64,000 nt of DNA from Bdellovibrionales bacterium (GCA_965242635.1 OZ251471.1:1426769-1490768); one strand, 5' to 3'; positions 1-9,326 are shown, counted from the stretch's first letter. The notes: a model not told the origin generated them from the letters alone. A program made the numbers and translations.

Positions 1-20
1 TCAACTGGCCCTCTCTTTAT

Positions 21-1397
21 TTGGGCCCTGTTCAGTATGTGTGCCATGCCAAAGGGGTTTTCAGACGATTCTTAACAGGTGATGACAATAAAAAGACCGC
101 TTTGGAACAGGCCAGCTCAAAGGCCATACCCCGGTGGCCCGACAAGGATCAGAACAAAGAAAAAGAGCCTGTTCCAACCATCACAGATAAAGAGGGCAGG
201 GAATACCTGGCCCGTTCTTTGGGCCGGCCCGTGCGAAACATGCTGTGTTTGTCCATTCCTCTTCAGGAGGCCACAGGGCCGGTTTTGTTATTTGCCGAAT
301 TTTATACCCAAAAACCCGACCTGGCCCTTTCTTTTTATCGGTCGTTTTCTCGTCCCATAAGTCATTCCATAGAGCGTCTTTTGCGGGAGGAGCACTTAAA
401 AAGCAGTATAGATCTGTGGGTGGCCACTTTCAACAGCCTTCAGTCCCCTTTGGCCATTTTTGATGCAAAAAACCAACTCAGCTCCGCCAACCGGGCTTTC
501 CACACCCTGCTGAGCAAGGCTGGCCAGGAAACAATACATCAACCCCATTTCCAGTGGAAAAATTATTTTTTTGAAAAACAGGCTTACCCGGTCAATGTTC
601 AGGGGGAGCAATACACTATTTGTCATTATGTGGATATCAGTGAATCTTCGCGTCTTCGAAACAAAATGATTCAAAGTGTGAGGCTTTCCGCCTTGGGTCA
701 GTTGGGATCGGCTGTGGCCCACCAGCTGAATAACCCCCTGACCGGGGTGCGGTCCATGGCCCAGTTGATTTTAAAATCCCACGACTTAAGTGCCGAAATG
801 CGACAGGATATGCAGGATATAGTGGAAAGTGTGTCCCGCTCACAGGACATTATTGCCAATTTGCTGAGTTTTTCCCGCATGGACCGTCCATTGGTTTTAT
901 GCGATCTGAATGAGGTGGTTCAAAAAACCATGCCTTTTTTAAAGTCCCTTGTGGGTTCCTCTGATATTCAGCTCCAGTTGAACAAGACTCCGTTGAGGGT
1001 GAAAGTGCAGTCCAGCCTTTTGCAACAGGTGGTGTTTAACTTGGTGCAAAACGCCTGTCAGGCGGTGTTGGATCTTAAGCCCCCCCTCCGCCAGATCCGG
1101 ATCCACACTCAACTTCAAAACAACCGGGCGGTTTTATATGTGGAGGATAGCGGAAAAGGCATCCAACCTCAGGATCAGGAAAACATTTTCAAGCCTTTTT
1201 GGACCACAAAAAAAGAGCAGGGGGGCACAGGCCTGGGGTTAAACATCAGCCGGGATATTGTCCAAAGCTTTAAGGGTCATTTGCAGGTCGGGCCCTCCCA
1301 TTTGGGTGGGGCCTGTTTCAGCTTGTCTTTGCCTCTGGCCCATGACACTGATAATATCCCCCGGAAAAACCCGGAAAACCAAAGAGCACCTGTATGA
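21..1397 (+). CDS. Sensor histidine kinase (HisKA + HATPase_c), possibly 5'-partial
   Basis: H-box 'SAVAHQLNNPLTGV'. ATPase boxes 'LVQNACQA', 'EDSGKGI', 'GTGLGLNISRDIV'. The called start is TTG and the frame is open back to nt 3, so the gene may continue upstream of the window. Confidence 0.85.
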   Translation: MGPVQYVCHAKGVFRRFLTGDDNKKTALEQASSKAIPRWPDKDQNKEKEPVPTITDKEGREYLARSLGRPVRNMLCLSIPLQEATGPVLLFAEFYTQKPDLALSFYRSFSRPISHSIERLLREEHLKSSIDLWVATFNSLQSPLAIFDAKNQLSSANRAFHTLLSKAGQETIHQPHFQWKNYFFEKQAYPVNVQGEQYTICHYVDISESSRLRNKMIQSVRLSALGQLGSAVAHQLNNPLTGVRSMAQLILKSHDLSAEMRQDMQDIVESVSRSQDIIANLLSFSRMDRPLVLCDLNEVVQKTMPFLKSLVGSSDIQLQLNKTPLRVKVQSSLLQQVVFNLVQNACQAVLDLKPPLRQIRIHTQLQNNRAVLYVEDSGKGIQPQDQENIFKPFWTTKKEQGGTGLGLNISRDIVQSFKGHLQVGPSHLGGACFSLSLPLAHDTDNIPRKNPENQRAPV

Positions 1398-1900
1398 AAC
1401 AAAAAATCCAAAGAGGGGAGGCTTTGAGCTGGCCTCCGTCTGTGCTGATATATACGGATGGGGCTTCACGGGGTAACCCAGGGCCGGCCTCTGCCGGCTG
1501 GGTGGCTTACCAGCATGGGAATCACACAAAAACAGCCTCTTTGCCCAAAAAAAAGGGCCAGGTGGCTGAAGGCCACCCGCTTTTTTTGTATGAGACCGCT
1601 TTTTTGCTGGGCCGGCGGACCAACAATTTTGCAGAATATTCTGCTGTCCTGAATGCCCTGAAAGTCAGTGCGGAAAACAGGGTCCAAAATCTCCTCCTGA
1701 AAAGCGACAGTGAGCTGTTGGTCAAACAGCTCTCCGGGCTGTATAAAGTCAAATCCTCTGAGATAAAAAAGCTCTATCAGGAGTGCACAAAATGGGCAAA
1801 AGCCATACCTTTGGTGCGGTTTCAGCACATACCCCGCCATCAGAACAAAAGAGCGGACGCTCTGGCCAATATGGTTTTGGATGGCCATGACCTGAACTGA
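1394..1900 (+). CDS. rnhA: RNase H family protein (RNase HI-like)
   Basis: 'IYTDGASRGNPGPASAGW', 'NNFAEYSAVLNAL', 'SDSELLVKQL', 'HIPRHQNKRADALA'. ATGA start/stop overlap with the kinase gene. Confidence 0.75.
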   Translation: MKQKIQRGEALSWPPSVLIYTDGASRGNPGPASAGWVAYQHGNHTKTASLPKKKGQVAEGHPLFLYETAFLLGRRTNNFAEYSAVLNALKVSAENRVQNLLLKSDSELLVKQLSGLYKVKSSEIKKLYQECTKWAKAIPLVRFQHIPRHQNKRADALANMVLDGHDLN

Positions 1901-2138
1901 TTATAATGAGGAGGATCATTTAAACCAACGGGTTTTGAAAATAAGGCTGTTTTTGGGCTGTTTTCCTCTTATATAAGGAAGATGTGAAACATGAAATTCA
2001 AGCCCTTGAGTCTTGACCAAAGGTCAAACAGGATCAGTATACATTATTGGTTTTTTGTGCTTATACTTTTCTTTAAAGGGAGATTTCATTCTTCCGTAAG
2101 AAAGTGTGGTTTTTTTAAACCTCAAAGGCAGTGGTTTC

Positions 2139-3482
2139 ATGCAGGCAGTATACAAAAAAAGACGGGCACGCCTCATTCAAAATATGCCGGAAGGCTCGGC
2201 CCTCATCCTCCCCTCCCGCCCGGAGCAAAGACGGTCAGGGGATGTGGACTGGCCCTACCGGCCCTCCTCCGATATTTTGTATTTGAGCGGGTTTGAAGAA
2301 CCCAATGCCTGTCTTGTGCTTTTATCGCCTGCCCGGCACATACTGTTTACACAAAAAAAGAACCCTGAACAAGCCCGCTGGACCGGCCCTATACATGGCC
2401 CGGAGCTGGCCTGCGACATTTTCCGGATGGACAGCACTTTTCCCTCCTCTGAGTTTGCCCGAATCGCTCCAGAGCTTTTGAAAAACAGCCACTCTTTTTA
2501 CTATCCCTTTGGCTTCAACCCTGCCTGGGACACTCTTATGGATAAAATCATTCAGGCCCTGACACACAAAAACAAGATCAGCCCCTCCGTGCATGATCCC
2601 TTAAAACTGACAGCCCCTTTTCGCATGTTCAAAACAAAAGAGGAAATAAAAAAGATCAAGAAAGCTGTCGACATCACAGCCCATGCCTTTAAGAAGGTGA
2701 TGAGGTACACACAGGCCGGCCAAAACGAGGGGGAGTTAAACGGGCTTTTTGTGTATGAGATCCGAAAGAGAGGGGCTTTGGCAGAGGCTTATCCGGGGAT
2801 TTTTGCTTCCGGGCCCAATGCCTGTATTTTGCATTACACCCGCAATAACCGGACCATGCAGGAGGGGGAATGCCTTTTGATGGATGCCGGAGCGGAATAC
2901 CAATATTATGCCTCTGATATCACCCGGACTTTCCCTGTCAGTGGGCGTTTTTCCAAAACACAGAAACGGCTTTACACAAAGCTCTTGAAAATACAAAAAA
3001 AAATCATCTCTCAATTAAAGCCCGGCATGTTTTTCAGTGAAATTCAAAACAATTTGGTGCAGGCCCTCATTCATTTGATGAAGGAGGAAAAGCTTTTGGC
3101 TGGCTCAGTCAAAAACATTGTCAAAAAAGAGGAATATAAAAGGTATTTTCCGCATTTTTTTGGCCATTCACTTGGTTTGGATGTGCATGATGTGGCCCTG
3201 TCTCTCAAGCCTCCCTCTTCCCTGTCGGCAAAGCGTGGCAAAAAACCCGGCAAGGCACTTTTTCCTCCGGTCCAGAGGGATATTCAGCTTAAGGAGGGTT
3301 TTGTGTTGACCATAGAACCGGGGCTTTATCTGCCACCAGAAGATTCTTCTTTGCCAGGGGAGTTGAGGGGCCTGGGCTTTCGCATAGAGGATGATATTTT
3401 GATTGGCCACAAGGGCCCTGAGGTTTTGAGCCGGGCCATTCCAAAAGAACCGGAGGAGCTGGAGGACCTTTTAAACTCCTGA
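2139..3482 (+). CDS. pepP: Xaa-Pro aminopeptidase (M24B, AMP_N + peptidase_M24)
   Basis: 'DWPYRPSSDILYLSGFEEPNACLVL', 'DAGAEYQYYASDITRTFP', 'HSLGLDVHD', 'EPGLY', 'GFRIEDDILI'. Start moved to ATG 2139 (MQAVYKKRR..). Confidence 0.85.
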   Translation: MQAVYKKRRARLIQNMPEGSALILPSRPEQRRSGDVDWPYRPSSDILYLSGFEEPNACLVLLSPARHILFTQKKNPEQARWTGPIHGPELACDIFRMDSTFPSSEFARIAPELLKNSHSFYYPFGFNPAWDTLMDKIIQALTHKNKISPSVHDPLKLTAPFRMFKTKEEIKKIKKAVDITAHAFKKVMRYTQAGQNEGELNGLFVYEIRKRGALAEAYPGIFASGPNACILHYTRNNRTMQEGECLLMDAGAEYQYYASDITRTFPVSGRFSKTQKRLYTKLLKIQKKIISQLKPGMFFSEIQNNLVQALIHLMKEEKLLAGSVKNIVKKEEYKRYFPHFFGHSLGLDVHDVALSLKPPSSLSAKRGKKPGKALFPPVQRDIQLKEGFVLTIEPGLYLPPEDSSLPGELRGLGFRIEDDILIGHKGPEVLSRAIPKEPEELEDLLNS

Positions 3483-3647
3483 AAAATCCTCATTTTCAAA
3501 GTGGCTCGGAAAATATTTCCGAACCGCTTTTTTCCTTGTGTTTCGGTGCTGTGATTGTGCTATAAAAATCCTCATTTTCAAAGTGGCTCGGAAAATATCT
3601 CCGAACCCACATTTTGGTCCAAAAAACCAATTGATAATTTTCCTGAG
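3482..3647. repeat. Left array: 2 copies of the 82/83-bp hairpin unit, ending in a 46-nt copy of the merR-proximal junction
   Basis: GTGGCTCGGAAA starts at 3501 and 3583 (82-bp period). 3601-3646 is nearly identical (one C/T mismatch) to 5236-5281. Confidence 0.9.
3503..3533 (+). terminator. Rho-independent terminator-like hairpin downstream of pepP
   Basis: GGCTCGGAAA-ATA-TTTCCGAACC (9/10 bp stem) followed by GC + T6. Confidence 0.5.
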
Positions 3648-3659
3648 AAACAAGAAGGT

Positions 3660-4949
3660 TTAAATTTCCACTCCAGAATAATGAGCCAAGTGTATCACCC
3701 CTGTAGCCTTGTATTGAGCCGTGTTGCCTTTAACCTCCTTTTTTAAAAAATTTTTTGAGAGTAAGTTGCGGGCTTTATTGGTAAAATCCACAGCTGACTT
3801 TAGTTTTAATACACCATAATCTTTGGGGCGAAAAGAACCTTTTTTGAAAATTTCTCTGATTATCTCCCGATCTTTCAACTTCATATTCTCCAAAGAGAGT
3901 TGTTGCTTTAAAATGGCTTTTAACAAGCTTTTTCCTTGAGTGGCTGAAATGATTTTGAAATTGGGATTCTGCCTGAACACAGCACGTGTGATATCGTCAC
4001 AAGCTTTAAAAACTGTGCGAATCTCCCCATCAGAATGCCTGTATATCTCACGGATAAAGCTTTCTTCCAAAGGTAAAGAAGAAAGTTTTTTGGGATTTTT
4101 GGAATATATCTTTTGGCGCACTGTTAATATATTGATAGTTTCTTCTTCTGAAAGTGGGTCCAATTTTGTTTCCTGTCCACTGATCCTTTCAGCCACGCGA
4201 GTGGCCTGCTGGTAAAGAGAGGAGTAAAGCCCGGGTTGACCTATTATAATAATCCACAAACCTTTTATGTTAAACAGATAATCTCTCAGCTGGTTAAAAA
4301 AATCGCACACCCTTTTTTCTTCCAAAATATCCACATTATTGATATTCAGCACTATCCCATCCACTTGAAAGGTTTTTTTTGCCAATTGGACCACTTCTTC
4401 AAGTTTATGTTCCAAAACATTTGCAGGCAGGTCAGAAATCTCCTTATACTGTTTTGAACGGCTAAAGCCCCCTCCAAAGCCGGCTACACTTACACTTGCC
4501 CCTTTTGTTGAAGGCAGGGCCATCTCAGAAATCCAATCAGAAAGCTCTCCTATTTTTTCTGGAACTTCTCTGTTTTTGGCAATGGCAAACTGCTTAATGG
4601 AAAAAAGCAGGCTGGAGAGACTTTTGGAAAGTATGCTTTTCATGTCCTCGGTTGGTTCCAGCTGAACTTTATGGTAACAGGGGATAAGCTTTGGGATATC
4701 CACTTTTATATATTTTTTGAAAAAAGAGGGATCAAAGCCAACAGCGTATTCCATTACATTGGCAAAAGAGGTTTTACCCACTCCACGATGCCCGGTAACC
4801 ACAATTACCGCACCGTTCGTGGAGGAGATATCCACAGAAAAACTTTTTATGTCCTGAACTCTTCCAACAAACTTCTTTAAATCCTCCTGATTTAAGCTCA
4901 GAGGATCGGTATTAAAAATATTGTCGGTAAAACCAAAGTTTCCATACAT
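3660..4949 (-). CDS. P-loop NTPase (archaeal-ATPase/Orc1-Cdc6-like) with predicted C-terminal winged-helix region
   Basis: 'FVGRVQDI..' followed by Walker A 'VVTGHRGVGKTSF'. Walker B-like 'DGIVLNINNVD'. The gene is visibly more AT-rich than its neighbours and is flanked by repeat arrays. Confidence 0.7.
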   Translation of the reverse strand: MYGNFGFTDNIFNTDPLSLNQEDLKKFVGRVQDIKSFSVDISSTNGAVIVVTGHRGVGKTSFANVMEYAVGFDPSFFKKYIKVDIPKLIPCYHKVQLEPTEDMKSILSKSLSSLLFSIKQFAIAKNREVPEKIGELSDWISEMALPSTKGASVSVAGFGGGFSRSKQYKEISDLPANVLEHKLEEVVQLAKKTFQVDGIVLNINNVDILEEKRVCDFFNQLRDYLFNIKGLWIIIIGQPGLYSSLYQQATRVAERISGQETKLDPLSEEETINILTVRQKIYSKNPKKLSSLPLEESFIREIYRHSDGEIRTVFKACDDITRAVFRQNPNFKIISATQGKSLLKAILKQQLSLENMKLKDREIIREIFKKGSFRPKDYGVLKLKSAVDFTNKARNLLSKNFLKKEVKGNTAQYKATGVIHLAHYSGVEI

Positions 4950-4954
4950 AATGT

Positions 4955-5281
4955 CCCTCTTTTTCAGAGTGGCTCGGAAAAAGTTTCCGAACCGCTTTTT
5001 TCCTTGTGTTTCATTGCTTTATTGCACCATAAAAAAAGGGCCTTTTTCAAAGTGGCTCGGAAAAAATTTCCGAACCGCTTTTTTCCTTGTGTTCCATTGC
5101 TTTATTGCACCATAAAAAAAGGGCCTTTTTCAAAGTGGCTCGGAAAAAATTTCCGAACCGCTTTTTTCCTTGTGTTTCATTGCTTTATTGCACCATAAAA
5201 AAAGGGCCTTTTTCAAAGTGGCTCGGAAAAAATTTCCGAACCCACATTTTGGTCCAAAAAACTAATTGATAATTTTCCTGA
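4955..5281. repeat. Right array: ~4 copies of the 83-bp hairpin unit
   Basis: GTGGCTCGGAAA starts at 4969, 5052, 5135 and 5218 (exact 83-bp period). The last unit runs into the merR 3' end. Confidence 0.95.
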
Positions 5282-5690
5282 TGGCTCCAATGGTTTTTTG
5301 TATATGCCGGACTTTTTTTAACACCTTGTCATCCAGGACGGACTGCTTTCGATGTTGCCGGTTCTCTCGTTTCAACTGGTTGAGGGCTTTTTTGGCCCCT
5401 CTGACAGAAAAGCCATCCCGGTATAAAAGCTTTTTAATCAGGAAAGCCATCTCCACATCTTTTCTGAAGTAAAGCCTTTGGCCATTGTGGCTTTTTTTGG
5501 GGGTGAAGGATTCAAATTCCCCTTCCCAATATCGCAAAATATGTGTTTTCACATGAAGTAAATCAGCCACTTCCCCAATTTTAAAGGATATCCTGGCGGG
5601 AATATTCTGCATATCAAGAACCAAAGTGGGATCAAACAAAGCCTGCTGGACAGGTTTTAAAGGGATTTGAGTTGTCTTTTCCAGTTCCAC
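5262..5690 (-). CDS. MerR-family transcriptional regulator
   Basis: 'FKIGEVADLLHVKTHILRYWEGEF..GQRLYFRKDVE' HTH_MerR signature. Sits directly downstream of the IHF-like gene. Confidence 0.8.
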   Translation of the reverse strand: MELEKTTQIPLKPVQQALFDPTLVLDMQNIPARISFKIGEVADLLHVKTHILRYWEGEFESFTPKKSHNGQRLYFRKDVEMAFLIKKLLYRDGFSVRGAKKALNQLKRENRQHRKQSVLDDKVLKKVRHIQKTIGAIRKIIN

Positions 5691-5751
5691 TGACCTAATC
5701 CTTGCTTAAATCACTGACCATGATAAAAAAACAGATAGAAAAAGCGGGTAT

Positions 5752-6090
5752 TTATCTGCCATTGACCTTCTTTTTTAAAACAGGGCTGGGGCAAAAAGTC
5801 AGGACCCGGCGCCCCTTGATAGTGATAGCTCTGCCGGTTTGGGGGTTCCGGCCTCTTCTGGGTTTTTTGTCCTTTAATAAAAAGTTTCCAAAACCGGACA
5901 GCCTCACATTATGGTTGGAACACAGTTTTTGTTTGATAATACCAAAAACAGAGTTAATCAGCTCCGCCGCCCCCTGCCGGGAGTAACCCATTTGAGTGTA
6001 TAAACCCAAATACATGTCCCCTTTTGTCAGGGTTTTTATCTTTTTTGTTCTTTGTTTTTTGCTTTGTCTTTTCATAATAACGCACCGCAT
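5752..6090 (-). CDS. ihfA: IHF/HU-family DNA-binding protein (IHF-alpha-like); start uncertain (6090 or 6075)
   Basis: 'LTKGDMYLGLY', 'GFGNFLLKDKKPRRGRNPQTGRAITIKGRRVLTF'. Confidence 0.7.
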   Translation of the reverse strand: MRCVIMKRQSKKQRTKKIKTLTKGDMYLGLYTQMGYSRQGAAELINSVFGIIKQKLCSNHNVRLSGFGNFLLKDKKPRRGRNPQTGRAITIKGRRVLTFCPSPVLKKKVNGR

Positions 6091-6305
6091 CTATTGTTTT
6101 CTCGTACTATTTACTTTTTTGCTTTTGTCCAAGTGAGAAGGCTTTTTTTGGTATCCCTTTTACCCTGTTTCCTCATTATTTTTTGTTGCTCCTTGGTTTT
6201 TATTATGGCACAGGAAAAATCAGTTTACAACCCCTTTTTTGGAGAGTCAAGAAAATTGTTTTACGCAGAATTGAGGTTTTTTTGGCAGAGGGGGCACAAA
6301 AGTCC

Positions 6306-6345
6306 AGTTTTTACCTGCTTTCCCCAGTTTTTGCCTGCTTTCCCC
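6306..6345. repeat. 20-bp direct repeat x2 upstream of the STAS gene
   Basis: AGTTTTTACCTGCTTTCCCC / AGTTTTTGCCTGCTTTCCCC, contiguous. Confidence 0.8.
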
Positions 6346-6391
6346 CTTTTTTCAAGCCATTGGGTGTATAATCCGGCGAGAGGGGTGTCCT

Positions 6392-6721
6392 ATGAAAGCT
6401 TTTATCAGGAAAGACCACAACAATGTGTTTGTTATTGACCTGAAGGGGGAGGTGGATTTTGCCTCTGCAGAGCCTTTTCATGAGGTGTGCATGAGGCATC
6501 TGTCCAGAAAAAAGGTGGTTTTCAACTTAAAAAAAGTGCATTTTGTGGGTTCAGATGGACTCAGCTCCTTCATGAACACCATTAAGGATTTGAGGAAAAA
6601 GTCCCGTCTGCAGTTTTGCTGTGTGGGGTCTGAATTTCAAAAAGTGTTCGCACAAAGTGAGATAAAAGACATTGACATTTACGAAGACGAGCCTTCCGCC
6701 AAAAAGGCCTTTCAGGCTTAA
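6392..6721 (+). CDS. STAS-domain protein (anti-sigma-factor antagonist-like)
   Basis: 'VFVIDLKGEVDFASAEPF..VVFNLKKVHFVGSDGLSSF' matches the SpoIIAA-like pattern. Confidence 0.7.
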   Translation: MKAFIRKDHNNVFVIDLKGEVDFASAEPFHEVCMRHLSRKKVVFNLKKVHFVGSDGLSSFMNTIKDLRKKSRLQFCCVGSEFQKVFAQSEIKDIDIYEDEPSAKKAFQA

Positions 6722-6809
6722 AAAAACACATCATAAATTCACTTAAAGGCAGGGTTTTTCAGGTCCGATTGAGTGGACGGGTAAATTCCTCTGTTGTATA
6801 CACTGGTGT

Positions 6810-7574
6810 ATGAACGGGTATAAGCGTGTGGACTGGATTAGGCTTAAGCCACAACCTGTTATGGGTGTGGATGAGGCTGGCCGGGGGTGCCTGGCCGGGC
6901 CGGTTTTTGCCGGTGCCGTCCTGTTTGTCCCCCAAGCACAAAGCCCTCTTATCCGGTCCTCTGCAAACACAAAGGTCCCCCTTGCAGTAGGGGCTGAGAG
7001 TCCACATCGAGACAAAACAGGCCCTTTCACTCATCCAGAAAAAGAGGGACATTATCCCGATTCCAAGCAAATTTCACCGAAAAACCGGGAAAAACTGGCT
7101 CAAATCATTCGGGGCCGGCATATATACGGTGTGGGTAAGGCCGGTGTGGAGGAGATTGAACGACTGAACATTTTGCAGGCCAGCCTCCTTTCCATGAAAA
7201 GGGCGGTCATGGCTTGTTGGACAAAGTGGCAGACCAATATAACCCCGGCGGAAAAGCAAAAAACACATATTCTGCCAAAAGTGCATATTCTGGTGGATGG
7301 AAATGTTTTAATCCCCGGACTTCCCCCTGATTTTCACCAAACGGCTTTTATAAAGGGGGATCGGCGTCTTTCCCCCATTGCCTCTGCCAGCATTATAGCC
7401 AAAGTCACAAGGGACGGGTGGATAAGACGGCAGGCCAAAAAATACCCTCAATATGATTTTGCCCGGCACAAAGGCTATGCCACCCCTCAACATAAAAAAG
7501 CCATTGCTGAGTATGGCCCCTGCCCTCTTCACCGAAAATATTTTGCCGGTGTCCGGGAACATACTGATATTTAA
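6810..7574 (+). CDS. rnhB: Ribonuclease HII
   Basis: 'GVDEAGRGCLAGPVFAGAV', 'DSKQISPKNREKL', 'VDGN', 'KGDRRLSPIASASIIAKVTRD', 'HKGYATPQH'. Contains a ~33-aa insertion between the first two motifs. Confidence 0.85.
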   Translation: MNGYKRVDWIRLKPQPVMGVDEAGRGCLAGPVFAGAVLFVPQAQSPLIRSSANTKVPLAVGAESPHRDKTGPFTHPEKEGHYPDSKQISPKNREKLAQIIRGRHIYGVGKAGVEEIERLNILQASLLSMKRAVMACWTKWQTNITPAEKQKTHILPKVHILVDGNVLIPGLPPDFHQTAFIKGDRRLSPIASASIIAKVTRDGWIRRQAKKYPQYDFARHKGYATPQHKKAIAEYGPCPLHRKYFAGVREHTDI

Positions 7575-7689
7575 ACAAGTGTGTAAAAAATACACGGCTT
7601 GGCCGGCCAGCCCCCACTTTTTACGATTTTTCTGGCTTTTTCCCGGTTTTTTGCTATATTGCTCATAACTCAATGGAAAGGAGAAGAAC

Positions 7690-8067
7690 ATGCAAACAAA
7701 ACTTTTGACCTTTATTTTTTTGACAGGGGCCTTGATTTTGCCCTTCGGCCTTATGGCCAGTGTGGAGGAACAGCCTCAGGTTCCCACCAGTTATCCTGCG
7801 GACTTTGATTACATGGAACCAAACGAATCAGAAATACAGCGGATGCATGAAGGAGGCAAAAGCTGTGGGCCAACAGAGCATGACGGGGAGGATTGTGGTC
7901 AGGATGCGATCCTGGCACATTCCTATCCTGTTCCTGTATATGGCAATGTATGCCGCAACGGCCTTTTTTATTGCTACACCTATGCCCCTGCTCCTGTGGG
8001 AGCCCTTTGCCACTGTCACGATTTTTTTGGCAATATATGGCTTGAGGGCACCGTTCACACATGGTAG
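7690..8067 (+). CDS. Small secreted Cys/His-rich hypothetical protein
   Basis: Signal peptide 'MQTKLLTFIFLTGALILPFGLMASVEE'. RBS-like GGAAAGGAGAAG upstream. Confidence 0.5.
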   Translation: MQTKLLTFIFLTGALILPFGLMASVEEQPQVPTSYPADFDYMEPNESEIQRMHEGGKSCGPTEHDGEDCGQDAILAHSYPVPVYGNVCRNGLFYCYTYAPAPVGALCHCHDFFGNIWLEGTVHTW

Positions 8068-8101
8068 TGGGCCAGAAGAACAAAACACAAGGAGTAAGAA
8101 A

Positions 8102-8575
8102 ATGAGATTTTTGGGACTGCCGGCACTTTCGGTTTATTTGTTGTTTTCGGGAGTTTTTACACCAATAGCTGGAGGTCTGGATCAGTCAGTTGGTGATTAT
8201 GACATAACTCTGGATGCACATTATATGAGAGAACATGGGAATTTTATAGTAAGAACTTTATTGGATCATACAAGATATGGTGTAGCAGAACCATTTGTAA
8301 CTCATGTTATTTATGGGGATGATCCAACAAGTACTTCGTTTATAGCACGGTCTGATATGAATGGCCAGGAAGTTATAGCCTACCTGGATGAATCTGGTCG
8401 GTGCCTTAAGTATGACAAGGAATGGGACCCTGGAGTATGGGGACACGCAGGGTTTGAGGCTGTCGTAACACAATGCAGTGAGGAAGACGAAATCGCACTC
8501 ATACAAGCTATAAAAACCACCTCCCTGTCACTGCTGAGGGAGGCACTGTTAAAGAAAAAAATGAGACGGAGGTAA
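8102..8575 (+). CDS. Secreted hypothetical protein
   Basis: AAGGAG RBS 7 nt before ATG 8102. Signal-like 'MRFLGLPALSVYLLFSGVFTPIAGG'. AT-rich. Upstream part of ORF 7760..8575 discounted. Confidence 0.5.
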   Translation: MRFLGLPALSVYLLFSGVFTPIAGGLDQSVGDYDITLDAHYMREHGNFIVRTLLDHTRYGVAEPFVTHVIYGDDPTSTSFIARSDMNGQEVIAYLDESGRCLKYDKEWDPGVWGHAGFEAVVTQCSEEDEIALIQAIKTTSLSLLREALLKKKMRRR

Positions 8576-8636
8576 AGGCCAGAAAGTCCTGGGCTACACG
8601 ATAAAGTCCTTTTTCCGTCATAACCAAAAACTTGGT

Positions 8637-9326
8637 TTAAATTTCAAAAATACCAAATTTATTGTCCACACATTCCCACCGGGATTTTGTTTTGCGGACA
8701 CAATTCAAGCTCTTTTTGGACAAGACTTTTTTTTGAACTAAATAGCGAGAAGGTTTTTTTGTATCTTGTTTGGACGGACTGCTCTCTTTCTGGTTTTCCC
8801 TGCCCGTCCGTGTTCGGACAACACGCAAAATCCCTTTTTTGTGTTTCTGGTATTCTGCACATTCCACACATTCCCACTTTGTATCCCTTGCTTGCTGAAT
8901 AATATCTTCCAGCTCCTTGAAAAAAGCTCCACCCTCTTTAATCTCTCTTGTGTTAAGACGAAAGTAAGGGGCATGAGGAGCATGCGAAGGCTGAATCCGT
9001 TTGTCTTTTATCAAGGAGGAGAGAGGCACTGTTTTTTTTAACCGGCCCTGATACCGCTCAAGTCTTTTTTTTAACAATTTAAGTGAAGGGGTCATGGAAG
9101 ATTCAAACCAGCCCAACCGGGGTTTTTTGCCCTCCTGCAAGTGGGATGTGTTGGTAACCATTTCCACTTTGTTTGCTTTAAAAATCAGGGATATCTGATC
9201 GGTGTTTCGGGAGTGGGAGACCACCCTTTGTAAGACCAAAGGCCTGGTTTTTGTCTCTTCTTCAGGGTTGGCTTTCGCCAGCCCAATAACAGACGAGAAA
9301 ACAAAAAAAAATAATATCCGTTTCAT
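8637..9326 (-). CDS. Secreted hypothetical protein
   Basis: Signal peptide 'MKRILFFFVFSSVIGLAKANPEE'. Lys-rich mature part. Confidence 0.55.
   Translation of the reverse strand: MKRILFFFVFSSVIGLAKANPEEETKTRPLVLQRVVSHSRNTDQISLIFKANKVEMVTNTSHLQEGKKPRLGWFESSMTPSLKLLKKRLERYQGRLKKTVPLSSLIKDKRIQPSHAPHAPYFRLNTREIKEGGAFFKELEDIIQQARDTKWECVECAEYQKHKKGILRVVRTRTGRENQKESSPSKQDTKKPSRYLVQKKVLSKKSLNCVRKTKSRWECVDNKFGIFEI

Noticed and set aside
4921-5269. Three overlapping 60-64-aa ORFs (4921..5115, 5004..5198, 5087..5269) with near-identical proteins
   Set aside because: They are the same reading frame re-opened in successive 83-bp tandem units. This is a repeat artefact, not coding evidence.
3482-5281. CRISPR array interpretation of the regularly spaced 83-bp repeats
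   Set aside because: The entire 83-bp period is repeated (hairpin plus 'spacer'), so there are no unique spacers. The period is also too long and no cas genes are nearby.
3482-5281. Integron gene cassette / attC reading of the ATPase cassette
   Set aside because: No integron integrase or attI-like site is in the window. The hairpin units occur in uninterrupted tandem without intervening ORFs, unlike attC sites. Kept only as an analogy.
7760-8101. 5' two-thirds of ORF 7760..8575 (271 aa)
   Set aside because: It overlaps the signal-peptide-bearing gene 7690..8067 in another frame. A strong AAGGAG RBS and signal peptide at ATG 8102 define the real second gene.
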